Below are positions 41,801-53,052 of a DNA stretch of 64,000 nt, piece by piece. The translations under genes were made by a program, and so were the position numbers. Where the stretch lies: assembly GCA_040954595.2 (NCBI GenBank), contig CM082591.2, positions 733,882 to 797,881 of the forward strand, written 5' to 3'. Under the pieces are notes generated by a model. The model saw only the letters and a program-made list of their open reading frames with translations. It had not been told where the DNA came from and made no database searches. This stretch comes from Balanoglossus misakiensis (Eukaryota; Animalia; Hemichordata). Numbering within the stretch: the first letter of the stretch is position 1; the number at the start of each line of letters is the position of its first letter.

Positions 41801-44800
41801 CAATACATTATTCCAACCATAATACAGCATTGAAAATAGCTGCCGTAACCTGTGACATTTAAGGGTATGCATATACACACACAATGAGATTCTTGAATTG
41901 TCCTCTCCTATAGAATTATATTGAGAATTGCTAGAAAACCTAATTCTACTACAGGGCTGAAGAAATAACCCTAGTCACCTTCAAGCTACTGTCTGAACAC
42001 TGCATGTGATCTAGTAATAATGTTTTCAAATGTCATAGAAACACACACATATGCAAATACTGCCAGTATCTTGTGTTTGTGTATTATCATGCCTAGCTGT
42101 TTTCTTAAATTATTTCATTTTTCGTCAATACCAACAAATTGTTTCAAATTATGATATGCCTGGCCTTTACATGTTGTGTGTTAACACATCAGCAAACACT
42201 GAATAAAGGTAAATTACGTTTCACAAGAAGCTAAAATAACCAAAATAATGTCAGAAATGGGATAATTGGTTGGAGGATTATGGATGAAACTAGCACATGG
42301 CCTTCAAACCCTGCAATCATGAATGCTCTAAATCTAATGAGATTCTTGGTGCAAGATTTCTTTGAGCTATTGCACTCATTTTCATACTGTGCTGTATCAG
42401 TGAAACTCGCATTACCATTAGCACGTGTCATATGGCAGTACTTTCATCAAATATGGAGGCATAGCGTCACAAAGTGCATTTTCCTGTTCCTGAATTAAAT
42501 GCCATCGGCAAAGTGATGACAACAATTTCTTCAAATTTGAAGACAAACGGTCCAATTTAGTGACAATTTCATAGAATTTGCCTCAATTCTGCTCTTCAGT
42601 CAGCTGCACACAGTGATGACTGCAGACAGTAGTGTGAGATGTGCACATAAAACCTTTCAGCATATTTTCTACATGCATTGGTGTTTGAAAGCATATTTAG
42701 ATTTGTTTCACATTTTATATTTCGTTATTCTTATTTAAGTGTAATCCTAGTGGATTACAAAGCACGGACAGACTGTTGTTGGTGACATAAAGATGATTTC
42801 GATTGTTATGGACAACGAAGTTATTCTAATTTTAATTCTAGTTTGCTTGCTACGTGAACATGTGCGTGATAGTCAGAATATTTTGTTACAGTGTTGGCAC
42901 AAAACCTTCTACATGTTAGGCTATGGAATATAATCACCATGCACTACATCTGGGTAGTCATCTACCTTAAGAATATGAGTAATACCAAGATAAATGTCAT
43001 TGGGGTTAGCAAGTCATTTTACTGGGTTTCCTCCCGGGCGTATGAATGCATGTAGTCATATCAGTGATGGCAGAGATGTCACTAGGGTTCTTGTATTATT
43101 TACCACTGTTCCTGAACCTTAGCAAAAAACACCGACTACCCTGTCAAGATGACAACATTACTTCAAGGTGTCATGAACTGCACTTAGTCAACTCCAAATT
43201 TCTTGCTCTCTTTCTGTAAAGGCTACAATTGCAAACCACGCGTACTTGTAAATGCTGTTAAGTTGTGACAAGTTTTTACAAAATGCACATCAGATAAGGC
43301 AAGCCCGACAAATGCAATACTTAAAATTTACTGTGATGTCATCACAGATAAGTGAGATTCTGATGTACAATATTAGATGTGGCACAATGCATGTTTCAAT
43401 TCCCATGGGCATACTGGAATATCTTTGTAGCCATGGCACTCAGAAAAAAAAGATGTATTTGAGAAGTGGGCTGTTTTAGCGTTGGATGCACTGTTAACCT
43501 GTTCTGTGAATGTTATAATATACAGTCAAACCTGTATATTTAAGCGCTAGAAATGTTTGAATTAGAATCAAGCATCCGTAGACATTATGGCACCATCAAA
43601 GGTATACTCCGAGTCAAGCCACTGTCAAGTATGGGCATACCGTTTTAGTGTGCACAGTTGAATTAATTATTTGTCATTATTTGCTCTTGCAAAGGTTACC
43701 ATCAACTTGTGCCTAAGTTTATATAAAATTAGGATTATAGTATGCAATATTTATTTTGAGGGTGTGCTCATAAAAAATGTAAAACAGTTACAACAGACCC
43801 CCCAAAAAACAAATTTAATTGAATGTTATGTGAGTATACCAATAATTAATTTATTTTAAGGACAGTTTTATCATTTTTTCTGTAAAGATATACTTCTTAT
43901 CTGTCCTTTTGTTAAATTAATATGCAAAAGAAAAAAATTGACAAGGTCTTGATATTCAGCACCCTCTCTTGCAAGTGACATTTTGATTTCCCCCATGGCA
44001 TTTTCATATCACAGTCTCAGCGCTTCTAGAAAGGGACTGTGCCAAATCTAGATCTGAATTATTCATTCAGTTGTATCCTGTCTTGACTGAGAGATATGTG
44101 TAACCATGACAACAAACATTGAATTCCATACACATGGAAAAATAACAAGTGGAAATGGATGGTAGAAAAAAACGCCAAACAGATTTGATGAGATATAAAC
44201 TGTATTCGTTTTCTGATTAGCCTATTGAATGTGAGGGGGATCAAAGTTGCTTGTTAATCCAACATGTATGCTCTGGAAAGTTTTAAGTGATGCGGTTTTA
44301 TAACATACAACAGGCCTGTTGTTATTCAGTGGTGAATTTGCCAATGTAGCATTGAATCTAATCTTGTATTTTCGTCCTAGACTATGTCAAAAAAGGACTG
44401 TTTTGGTAGTGACAAAGTCAGGATAAAATAAAATGTATAATCATAATTGTTATATTTATCAATTGAAACACATAAATTACATGATGGCTTACTCGAACAA
44501 AGTAGATAAGACGTTTTCTGTTCGAGTGTCTTATCAAGCATACTGGTACATGACAACAAGAATCACTAGCTTAGGTGCATGACGTATGTATGTATTATGT
44601 AAATATAATCAGGAAAATTTTCAGAAATTATGTACTGTATGAAAGATACAAATCAAGAATGGAACATCAAAGCTAAACCAAGTTAATCTTTTTCTTTGAA
44701 GGATTAGTAACTGGTTATAAAGGATGTGCATATTGTACGTGTACATAGGTGAACATCCCAGATTTTTTTTAAGTGATAAAACATGTTTTTTTTAAAAGGA

Positions 44801-47800
44801 AGTTGGCAGACAGGGTAATCATATTCAGGCAAAGTACTGTACTTTTAGGTTCACTTCAAGGTAACAGGAATTCTAATGGAAGTGGGCAGGTGATACAATT
44901 TGTTACACAGTACACAGTAGTCATTCACCATGGCAACACTTATCTGGTAGTTTTATTTTAGTAGACGGGAGGCTTAAAAGGCTTAATGTATTATGTATTT
45001 AAAATTAGGTTGTCAATGTAGTTTCCTTTGCAAGGTGGCATTTATGATTACTGTAAATGCTGTAGAGTTCTATTTATGTTAAGAGCAGGTCATTAAGTAA
45101 CAGAACCATCATGTTTTACATGCGGATCACAAAGTTCTCATTTGAACTGTCTTGTTTCGTTAACAATGGTTTGAACCCTTTTACCACCAAATCTTCTCTA
45201 TAATGGTAAAGTTGGACCACTATAGAGGGAACTTGGGTGGAAAGGTTAAGGAGAATTGTTGAAAGTCTCTATATAGCATTTGTTGTGTCAGCCCATTTCA
45301 CATTGATACCACCCTGACTGCCAAGTTCGTCCTGTTTCTGACAAACTCTGATATGATGCACATAACACACACAATGTTTATCTAATACAAACAGTATGTC
45401 TACCTATAAATATATATTTGTTGTGAAAGTTCATCTGATTCTTATGCTAATTTAACACATTTCGCAGTCATGTGAGAGAAAGAATCTCACACACACCATG
45501 TGGGATAAGATTTCTCACACTTGTTGGGGATATTTTGTCTAACTCTCACCTGGATCTTTTCCCTGCTTGCTTTTCCAGATATTTACATTCCATGTAAAGT
45601 GTGCGGAGACAAGTCGTCCGGCGTACACTATGGCACTAGTACCTGTGAAGGTTGCAAGGTAGGTCCATTCTTTCCGTTGGATCATTTTGTTTCTTATATT
45701 GTGTTACTAATTCTGACTGATTAAAATCTGCATTAGACACAGGAGTGAGATTTCTTCATTTGTGATAAAAAAAATTAGGAGAGAATGATGAAACAGTCAC
45801 AAAAAGATGTTGTGTGTTATATTAATCGAATCATAATTTGTTTGATGAAACTGTTCCAGTCAAGTAAAATGCCACATGTTATTTTCATTCTTTGCAGGGT
45901 TTTTACAGAAGAAGTATTCAGAAACATGACACGTATGAATGTCTACGAACGAAATCTTGTATTATTGATAAGTACAGTAGAAATCGCTGTGCATACTGTC
46001 GATGGCAGAAATGTCTGCAGGTCGGAATGTCCAAGGAAGGTGGGTCGTGGCTGCTTTGAAAATTAAATTATTTGTTCTAATCATGAACCGTGTACAGTAA
46101 AACCAAACCCTGTTTAATCTGGAAACCAGTCTATTTCGAAAACCCTTTCCTATCCCTTTGACATAAGCACATGTTAAAAAAAACTGTATAAACCGGACAC
46201 CTCTACAAACCAAACAGTTGTGTCTCTTTGATGTTTGTTTTAGACAGGTGTACTGTACTTGCAATCAATCCATGGTTTTGTTATATAGATAGAATAAAAA
46301 CATCAGTTTATTTTACAATAGGATCCAACATGGCTGCTATAGTCAGTTGGAATGCCCACAAGTCTGATACTCTGATCCTCATTTTTCACTAGCCTACCCC
46401 ATCCATCTTTATACCATATGTTTGATATGCTGTTATGGTATTTATTCAGTGGTTGTGGTTATATTTTAATACCACATACACGACTTCCAGACAGATGTAG
46501 GGCAGTTATAACACACAGCTATAATTCATGCTCTTTTTATAGTCTTATGCAAACATATTGTTGTCTATATAGATAAAAATGTTCAACTGGGATGGCATTT
46601 ATAATGGTTGCAAGCTTACTTCAATAACATACTTTTTTCTGTTCAAAAGATTTATTTCTAAGCAACAAAGCTGTTGAAATCCATGTGACACAGATGTTAT
46701 TTAATACAGGGTAGAATGTAAAATGGTTTTGTTTATATACTGCATCCAGTGTTTTCTCAGTAGGCCAAGTCCAGAATAAATTTTGGCATGCAGATTCTAC
46801 TGCAATGTTCTGCTATCAGCAGATGCTAAACAAGATGTATGGTGACAGTACAGAGGCATATGGATGCAGAAATAGAGAGAGAGAGAGAGGGGGGAGGGAG
46901 GGAAGAGAGAGAGAGAGAGAGATACACTTTGAGATATGTTCATTTATAAACATGTTTGTTTTTTAACTGTACCGTGTCTACAAAGTTTGTAGTACGCGAC
47001 TAGTAACGTATTGAAAATCATTCGTCACTTACCTGTTGCATAGTCTCTGCTTTTACCATTGACAAACCCTACAAATTCCATTTATGTATTCTAACCTGTT
47101 TTTCAGCCGTTAAATTTGGAAGGATCCCAAACCGGGAAAAGGAACTTGCCATGGCCGCATTTGAGGAGCAAAAACAGGAGATCCAGACGACGATACGGAA
47201 AATGGAAGATGAAGAAAAACAGCGAAGGATTGAACAGAATCAGGACCTGTTGTTGAGTAAATTTACTGAGAAACCTCAAAACAGTACAACTGCCGTGACT
47301 CCTCCACAAGTTTTCAAAATTGACCCTGAAACGTCAGAGCTCGTACATCAAATTCGAGAGGCCTATGTAATGGCATCTCCATTCAGTGATGCTAATATGA
47401 AATCTTACAACAGACCTGCGTCGAAACGTTTCAGACTGGACTACACAGAAACATCATCTGGAAGAGACTTTAATGCGTTTTCTCCTGGGTCAGTTGGATC
47501 ACCTGCGGGATCCTCGTCCTCCATTTCATCACCAGCGTCTTTCTCCGAAGCATCGTTTTCAATTTCATCTCCAGAGTCAGTCACCGGGGAAATGATCTAT
47601 GAGAATTCAAAAGTAAGACATTTTACAAGATAGTTGGGTATAAAAATAGGAACGGTCATTTCAGGTAAATTTTCTAGACAGTGGTAACCGAAGGATTTTT
47701 ATTTTTAAGTCACAAAGACAAGAAAAATATTCCACCATGCCAAATCCAACAACTCTTTATTAAAGATGATCTTTCAAAATTTCTATTTTGTGTTTTAGTG

Positions 47801-49820
47801 CCATTCCTTGTTAACGTGTGCTTTGTATCTTCTTGCAGGTTTCTCAAGCAATAATCGCGCTCATTAAGAGAATCGTTGTCTTCAGTAAAAAATTACCTGG
47901 CTTCAAAGAGCTCTCACAGGAAGACCAAATTTTGCTTTTAAAAGGTAACCCTACCGCATTTCAGATATGCTCAATATAATTTTCATGAACTTTTTACAAC
48001 CAATCTGTCAAGCCCCATTATTGTAGATTGAAAGTGCTTTATACAAATTAGAAAAACATGATTTGTTCATAAGCTCTTGTTTTGAAAGAAATATTATCTT
48101 TCAGGAAGCTACACCCACTCTTAAAGGTAAATTCTTCAAAATGATGCAATCTCATAAATGGGTCCTTGCAAAAAACATATCAAGTTTCTGGTTATGAGTA
48201 AAGTACCTTATAACGTAGAGTTTCAATATTCAGCGATATTAAAATGCATGGTAAATGGGAGTTTTGTTGACACCATATACAGAGCAATTTTCCAAGTTTT
48301 GCAGACAAACAAGAAAACACAGTTGATACCGAGAATAAAACTACTGAGAAAAAAGCTCAAAGTTGGAGCTTAAGTAAGCTTCTTTATGTGTAATTTCATT
48401 GATTCCATTTTCTTTATTTTTTTATTTTTTTCCCAGGTGGTGTATTTGATGTCTGGATGTTACAGTCTTGTGGCATTCTCGCCGATAAAGACAAAGGCAA
48501 CTTTTTAGAAGACCCCTCGTATAAATTAAACATTATGACACTGTTCTGTCCACCAAGTATGATGGAACGAATACACAAGGTTTGTAGCAAAACTTTCTTC
48601 ATCAATCTAACCATCATTATACATTTGACATGAAAGCAACTAGAGTTCATTTTGTACATAAACTGCTAGACATTTGCCCAATAAGTACAAAACCTGTCAA
48701 ACGTTTCAGATGGTACAGTATTTATCCTAGCACACTTGAACCTTCTGGCTATAAACACACACTTGGCATATTGTTTTTTCAGTTTGCCATACACTTCAAC
48801 AAATTTGAACTAACAGAAGCAGAGATAGCTCTTGTATCGGCTGTGGCACTTGTGAATCCAGGTAAGCATTCTTTTCCTTTTATCAGTTTTATTAAACCCT
48901 TTTGCTGTGACTGTAATGAAGCATAAATTCATACTTTGTTTATGTATCACCTAGATTTTATATGTCAAAACTGGCAAAATGACTGTGAAAATATAGCATG
49001 TATTTTTTTATAAAACTTTTAAGTGCAAAACTACCATTTTGCAGTTTTAAAAAATGACATTATCATCATATCTACCAATCATACATCCTTAATAATTCCT
49101 GCCATCATTGAAATGCATGAATCTTTTATTTACAGATCGTAGAGGACTGAATGATGCGCCCCCAGTGGCCAAAATGCAGAATGAGTATCTGGAGGCTCTT
49201 AGAATTGAACTTTGCCGTTACCATGGCGTTACACAAGGAAGGAAACTGTTTGCCGAAATACTGCTGAAAATGTCAGACCTTGCTGTACTCAGCGAAATGC
49301 ATGCGCATAATGCAAGGACTCTTAAGGTATTTCCACAATGCATCAAATAATCCACCACTACCCTTCCACCACTACTCCACAGTAGATATTGTCTAACTGT
49401 GTTATTTAAAATAAAAGGGTAACACCAAGCTGTGGTGGTAACAGGGGGTTCAACGGTCAAAAGTAACTAAACGGACAAACGTCAAGTTTCAGAATATGTG
49501 AATGTTATAATAGATAATTACAAAATTTAATTTTTTTTCCGTCTTTGCAGGTTGAAAGCCCGGATATGGAAGTGCCTGAGCTGTATGCCGAGATCTATGA
49601 CATTCCCGACCAAGAGCAGGACGACAATGAGGAGTTTTTAATCAAATACAGAGACGTAACACTGAACACCACTTTTGACAAGCTCCCAGAAGAACTCAAA
49701 GAATATCTCCGCAAGAAACAAAAGTCCAAGAAAGCACCAACTACATCTGAAGAGAGGAACAAACAGACTTTACGAAACTGTTTGGCGTATTCACCGAATG
49801 TGAAATACAGCAAAACATGA
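29810..49820 (+). CDS. NR1-subfamily nuclear receptor (ROR/HR3-like with Rev-erb/E75-like features), 522 aa
   Basis: Exons 29810-29861 (first exon inferred from phase-1 match), 45579-45658, 45898-46039, 47107-47612, 47839-47944, 48437-48579, 48783-48861, 49136-49326, 49551-49820 (1569 nt). C4 fingers [28 protein letters not shown]...[12 protein letters not shown]; [45 protein letters not shown]-2-like PELYAEIY. Confidence 0.9.
35960..36044 (-). mobile_element. Degraded copy of the piggyBac-type MITE
   Basis: GTCCAAATCTATTGTTTTCTATGG...GTGAAAAGGA-TTAA is the reverse complement of the family core. Confidence 0.45.
38543..38634 (-). mobile_element. piggyBac-type MITE copy
   Basis: TTTA-CCTTTTCACCGCCATGGTTTGGTCCAA...AAGGG-TTAA, the reverse orientation of the family. 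Confidence 0.65.
38820..40328. mobile_element. Non-autonomous CACTA/EnSpm(CMC)-like DNA transposon with an expanded internal repeat array
   Basis: TIRs CACAGCTAAAG / CTTTAGTTGTG (1 mismatch), flanked by TA on both sides. The interior consists of related CAGGTCTG/CAGACCTG units whose orientation flips near 39000. Confidence 0.6.
39057..40212 (+). repeat. 25-bp minisatellite, about 46 units, GCAGGTCTGACAGGACAGACCT(GTG/GGT)
   Basis: Tandem array read directly; each unit contains an 8-bp inverted repeat CAGGTCTG-N6-CAGACCTG. Confidence 0.97.
45172..45249 (-). mobile_element. Internally deleted piggyBac-type MITE copy
   Basis: TGAA-CCCTTTTACCACC...TGGTAAAGTTGGACCAC...GGTGGAAAGG-TTAA. Confidence 0.5.
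46093..46257. mobile_element. Tc1/mariner-pogo (Tigger-like) MITE
   Basis: TA-CAGTAAAACC...CCTGTTTAA...TTTAGACAGGTGTACTG-TA: CAGT/ACTG termini with a TA duplication. Confidence 0.55.
46875..46922. repeat. Interrupted (GA)n purine tract
   Basis: Read directly. Confidence 0.9.
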
Positions 49821-50379
49821 CCAGAATGATCCCTATACTGGTTGTAGTTGTGATTAGTTTCTCAGGTGGATTACTGATGTCAAATTTAGTTTGTCATGAG
49901 GAAATTGTCATCTAATCAACGTTTTGACTAGTTTGTATTTCTTGTGCAATATTGCACTCAAAGTGCTGCCCACATAGTTGCTATTGCATTCTTTACGGTA
50001 GAATGCATCTAAAAAATCAAAGTCTTAACCATTCTTTCATATTTTGCTTACGGCAACTTTAGATGTTACTTTGTGAATAGTAGATTGGTCAATAATGAAA
50101 GGGGGTCTATGCTCACGAATATTTCTGATTATTTTATTTTTTCATGTAAAACAAATATCTGGTATTACACTGTTTTCATAGTTCATAAATTTATGATTTG
50201 GGAGGGAAATTCCAACTCTGATTGATTAACAATAATCCATATTCCACGTAGCAACTGAATTAATGCACCTCACTCAAATTTGAGTTTGGTAATTACAGTG
50301 TACTTATATGTACGTAATTGTCCAATCAATTCACTGAAGAAGATTCAATGGGAAAAAAACATACATACAACATACAAAG

Positions 50380-50421
50380 ATACATACATAGATACATAGA
50401 TACATACATACATACATACAT

Positions 50422-50455
<34 letters not shown>

Positions 50456-50500
50456 CATGCTGATCCTATTATGTCCCACTAGTACATACCAAATGGGACC
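50380..50500 (+). repeat. (CATA)n(CAGA)n microsatellite followed by a GTCCCA-N15-TGGGAC hairpin; possible Helentron/HINE-like end in the NR 3' region
   Basis: Microsatellite and hairpin seen directly; the element class is inferred. Confidence 0.5.
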
Positions 50501-51738
50501 TGAAAATGTCAATAGTCTTTGTGTAATTGCCCTAAAGTCTCACAAATAGTCAGTGTAATAGGCTCATAACAACAGAGGGATGCTTGCATTATCCAACCAG
50601 GAGAAAGGTTTCATGATTTTATAATTCTCATCTGTGTGACTATCATGATAATGGAAAACTTTGTGAACCTCATAACTGTTTAAGAAACATCTGATCAGTT
50701 TACCTGTTATTATTTCTGGTTGTTTAGAATTTTTACATAATTAAAGATAACAATAATAATTTCCTTTCAAGAAATGGAAAAAGAAATGTAATTATTTTTT
50801 TTCTGGGTGGCATATAGTTCAACTGGTTATCAATATAACCCTGTCTTTATCAATATCATTGGCATGACCCATGAAACTGGGTTGTAATGGGAATACTGTA
50901 TTTAATACAGATATTCAGGGGTGTTTAATATGAAATGGCAGGGTCCATTTTCAGACACAAAGTTTTATTAATATAATAATGAAATATGTCGTCAGTCACT
51001 ATTTATTGAGTGTAATTAACATATATGCTAATCAGCAGTTCTGTAGATTTTCTTAAGGAGTGTCTATAAATTAGAGATAAAGTTTTAGATTTCAAAAATG
51101 GACATGTATATTTAAGGTTTTTGTGAATTTTTAACATTTATAACTTGTTCCATGCAAATGGCAGATTAATTGCTTTTTGTGGTAAATTATTTCAGCAAAT
51201 ATTTTTGTTTCCATTTCTGTAGGCATTAATTAATTAATCTGATTGGCAAGTGAGGTCAACTTGACGTTGATTTGGCTTTTTTCAACAATTTGGTAGTTGC
51301 ATAGGAATGGAAGGGATCATGTCACTGAGTGAAGTGCAGTGCTTGTAGAAGTGATCAGCTGTAGTGACATCCTGTTTGTTCTTCCAAATAAAGAAAAGAG
51401 TATTATGATGTGTTGTCCAGATTGACCTTCTGTCTGTATGTGATTGTGTAAAAAAACAATGCAATGGATGATGTGTGTATATACCCTCCTATTCTCCATT
51501 AACTGTAACGTTTCGCTACGTTTTCAGTTGTTTTTATGTTGTGTATTTTCTACAGTTTCCTGTTCGTATCACTGAAGCATGATGAAATACCCAGTAATCA
51601 TCATCCCCAATTTCATGACATACTTGTACATGTACATACATCAATTATTGAACAAATATGCAATACACACAGTGATAAACCATATATCTTAGAGTCTCTA
51701 GGTCTATGGAATTAAAGAGATTTTGTTAAGTTCGAGTG

Positions 51739-52582
51739 AAACATTTTCAAAGGTTACATCAAGTTAACTGAATTTCAATTGCCGACATGTTTTCAATGCC
51801 CACAATGGACAATGGCAATTGAACTTTGACAGAGTCCAGACTGACGTGATAAGTTAACAGTGGTATACGTGCAACTGGCCTTATCTAACCTTTAAACCAA
51901 GTGTCCTGTTAACAGATTTCCAGTCACCACGGAACATTGGAAACATTTGATAAAGTTTAAGTTTATGAAGTTGCATTAAAACATTTTCACAGTTAACTGA
52001 ATTTCAGTTGCTGACGTACGTGTTCAAAATGGACGCTGGCAATTGAACTTTGACCGAGTTCAGACTGTGATACAATGTACAACACAGGTATTTACAGTCA
52101 GATCACATGACAATCGTGCTTGGTAGATCGAGGTACAAAAAACCAAGCTCTGGGACTTTTCTGCCATTTTTCCCCAGTGAGCACCTGCAACTCTCTTGAT
52201 ACTTGGGGATCTAGCTTCAGTCATGTACCTGGACAGAAGTTCTAACTTGTGAAGGAATCAACCACTCTGTTACAATATTAAGAGGTATGTTGTTTTGGAG
52301 TTTGTGATTTTCTGTCTTTTTCTTTCAGTCCTCAAACTTGAGCCACACCTCTTTCATTTTCAAGTAACAGAAACACCCCCTCAAAAAATTCTATTGGAAA
52401 TAGAAGCCTCTAAACTGTTCTTGGCGTGAAAGAAGACCTAAATAAAAAAGTCCAGGATTTGTGAATTCCAATTTATTTACATGTGACTATATATCATATT
52501 TCACCTGGATTGGAGCTCTAACTATTGAAGGAATTAACCACTCTGTTACAACCATTTTGAGAGGTATATTGTTTTGTAGTTG
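51739..52582 (+). promoter_or_regulatory. Promoter/5' UTR region of the GT-NHL gene with two local duplications and candidate non-coding exons
   Basis: Repeat pairs 51739-51843/51979-52067 and about 52226-52302/52503-52582. Donors GAG|GTATGT (52284) and GAG|GTATAT (52563); acceptor at 53045, 7 nt before the ATG. Confidence 0.5.
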
Positions 52583-53052
52583 ATGATTTATTATCTTGTT
52601 TTTTAACTGAATGTACTGAATACATAAAGGTGACATGTTGTAAATGGGTGGTGGCAAAGAGATTCCAAACTCTGATATCGCATCTGCAACACAGGTATAT
52701 GACGTGACAAGTAATGAGCAGCTCTGCGGTACTAATTGGAACCAAACTCAGGGAGTTCTCCAGAGTTTAGATTAGTACGTTCAAACTGTGTATTTGGTCA
52801 TTCACATACATGTACAGTACACATGGACATGATGTCAAATGCAGAGTTAGCATATTTGGTTAAATATTAAACCATGCATGTACTGTAAATGCTATTCTAG
52901 CCTGGTTTCTAACGGACTGTGACCTCATTCGACCTTCCAGAAACTCATTACTTAGTGTTTCACTGTGACTATGTGCATGGATCAATCTTAGGGGAAACAT
53001 TTGTTACATCTGACATATTTCCTTCCCCATACTTCTTCCTGACAGGAAAACA

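Noticed and set aside
30500-45500. Short ORFs (60-130 aa) in NR intron 1 as possible nested genes
   Set aside because: No domain motifs or consistent splice chains; the lengths are expected by chance in AT-rich DNA.
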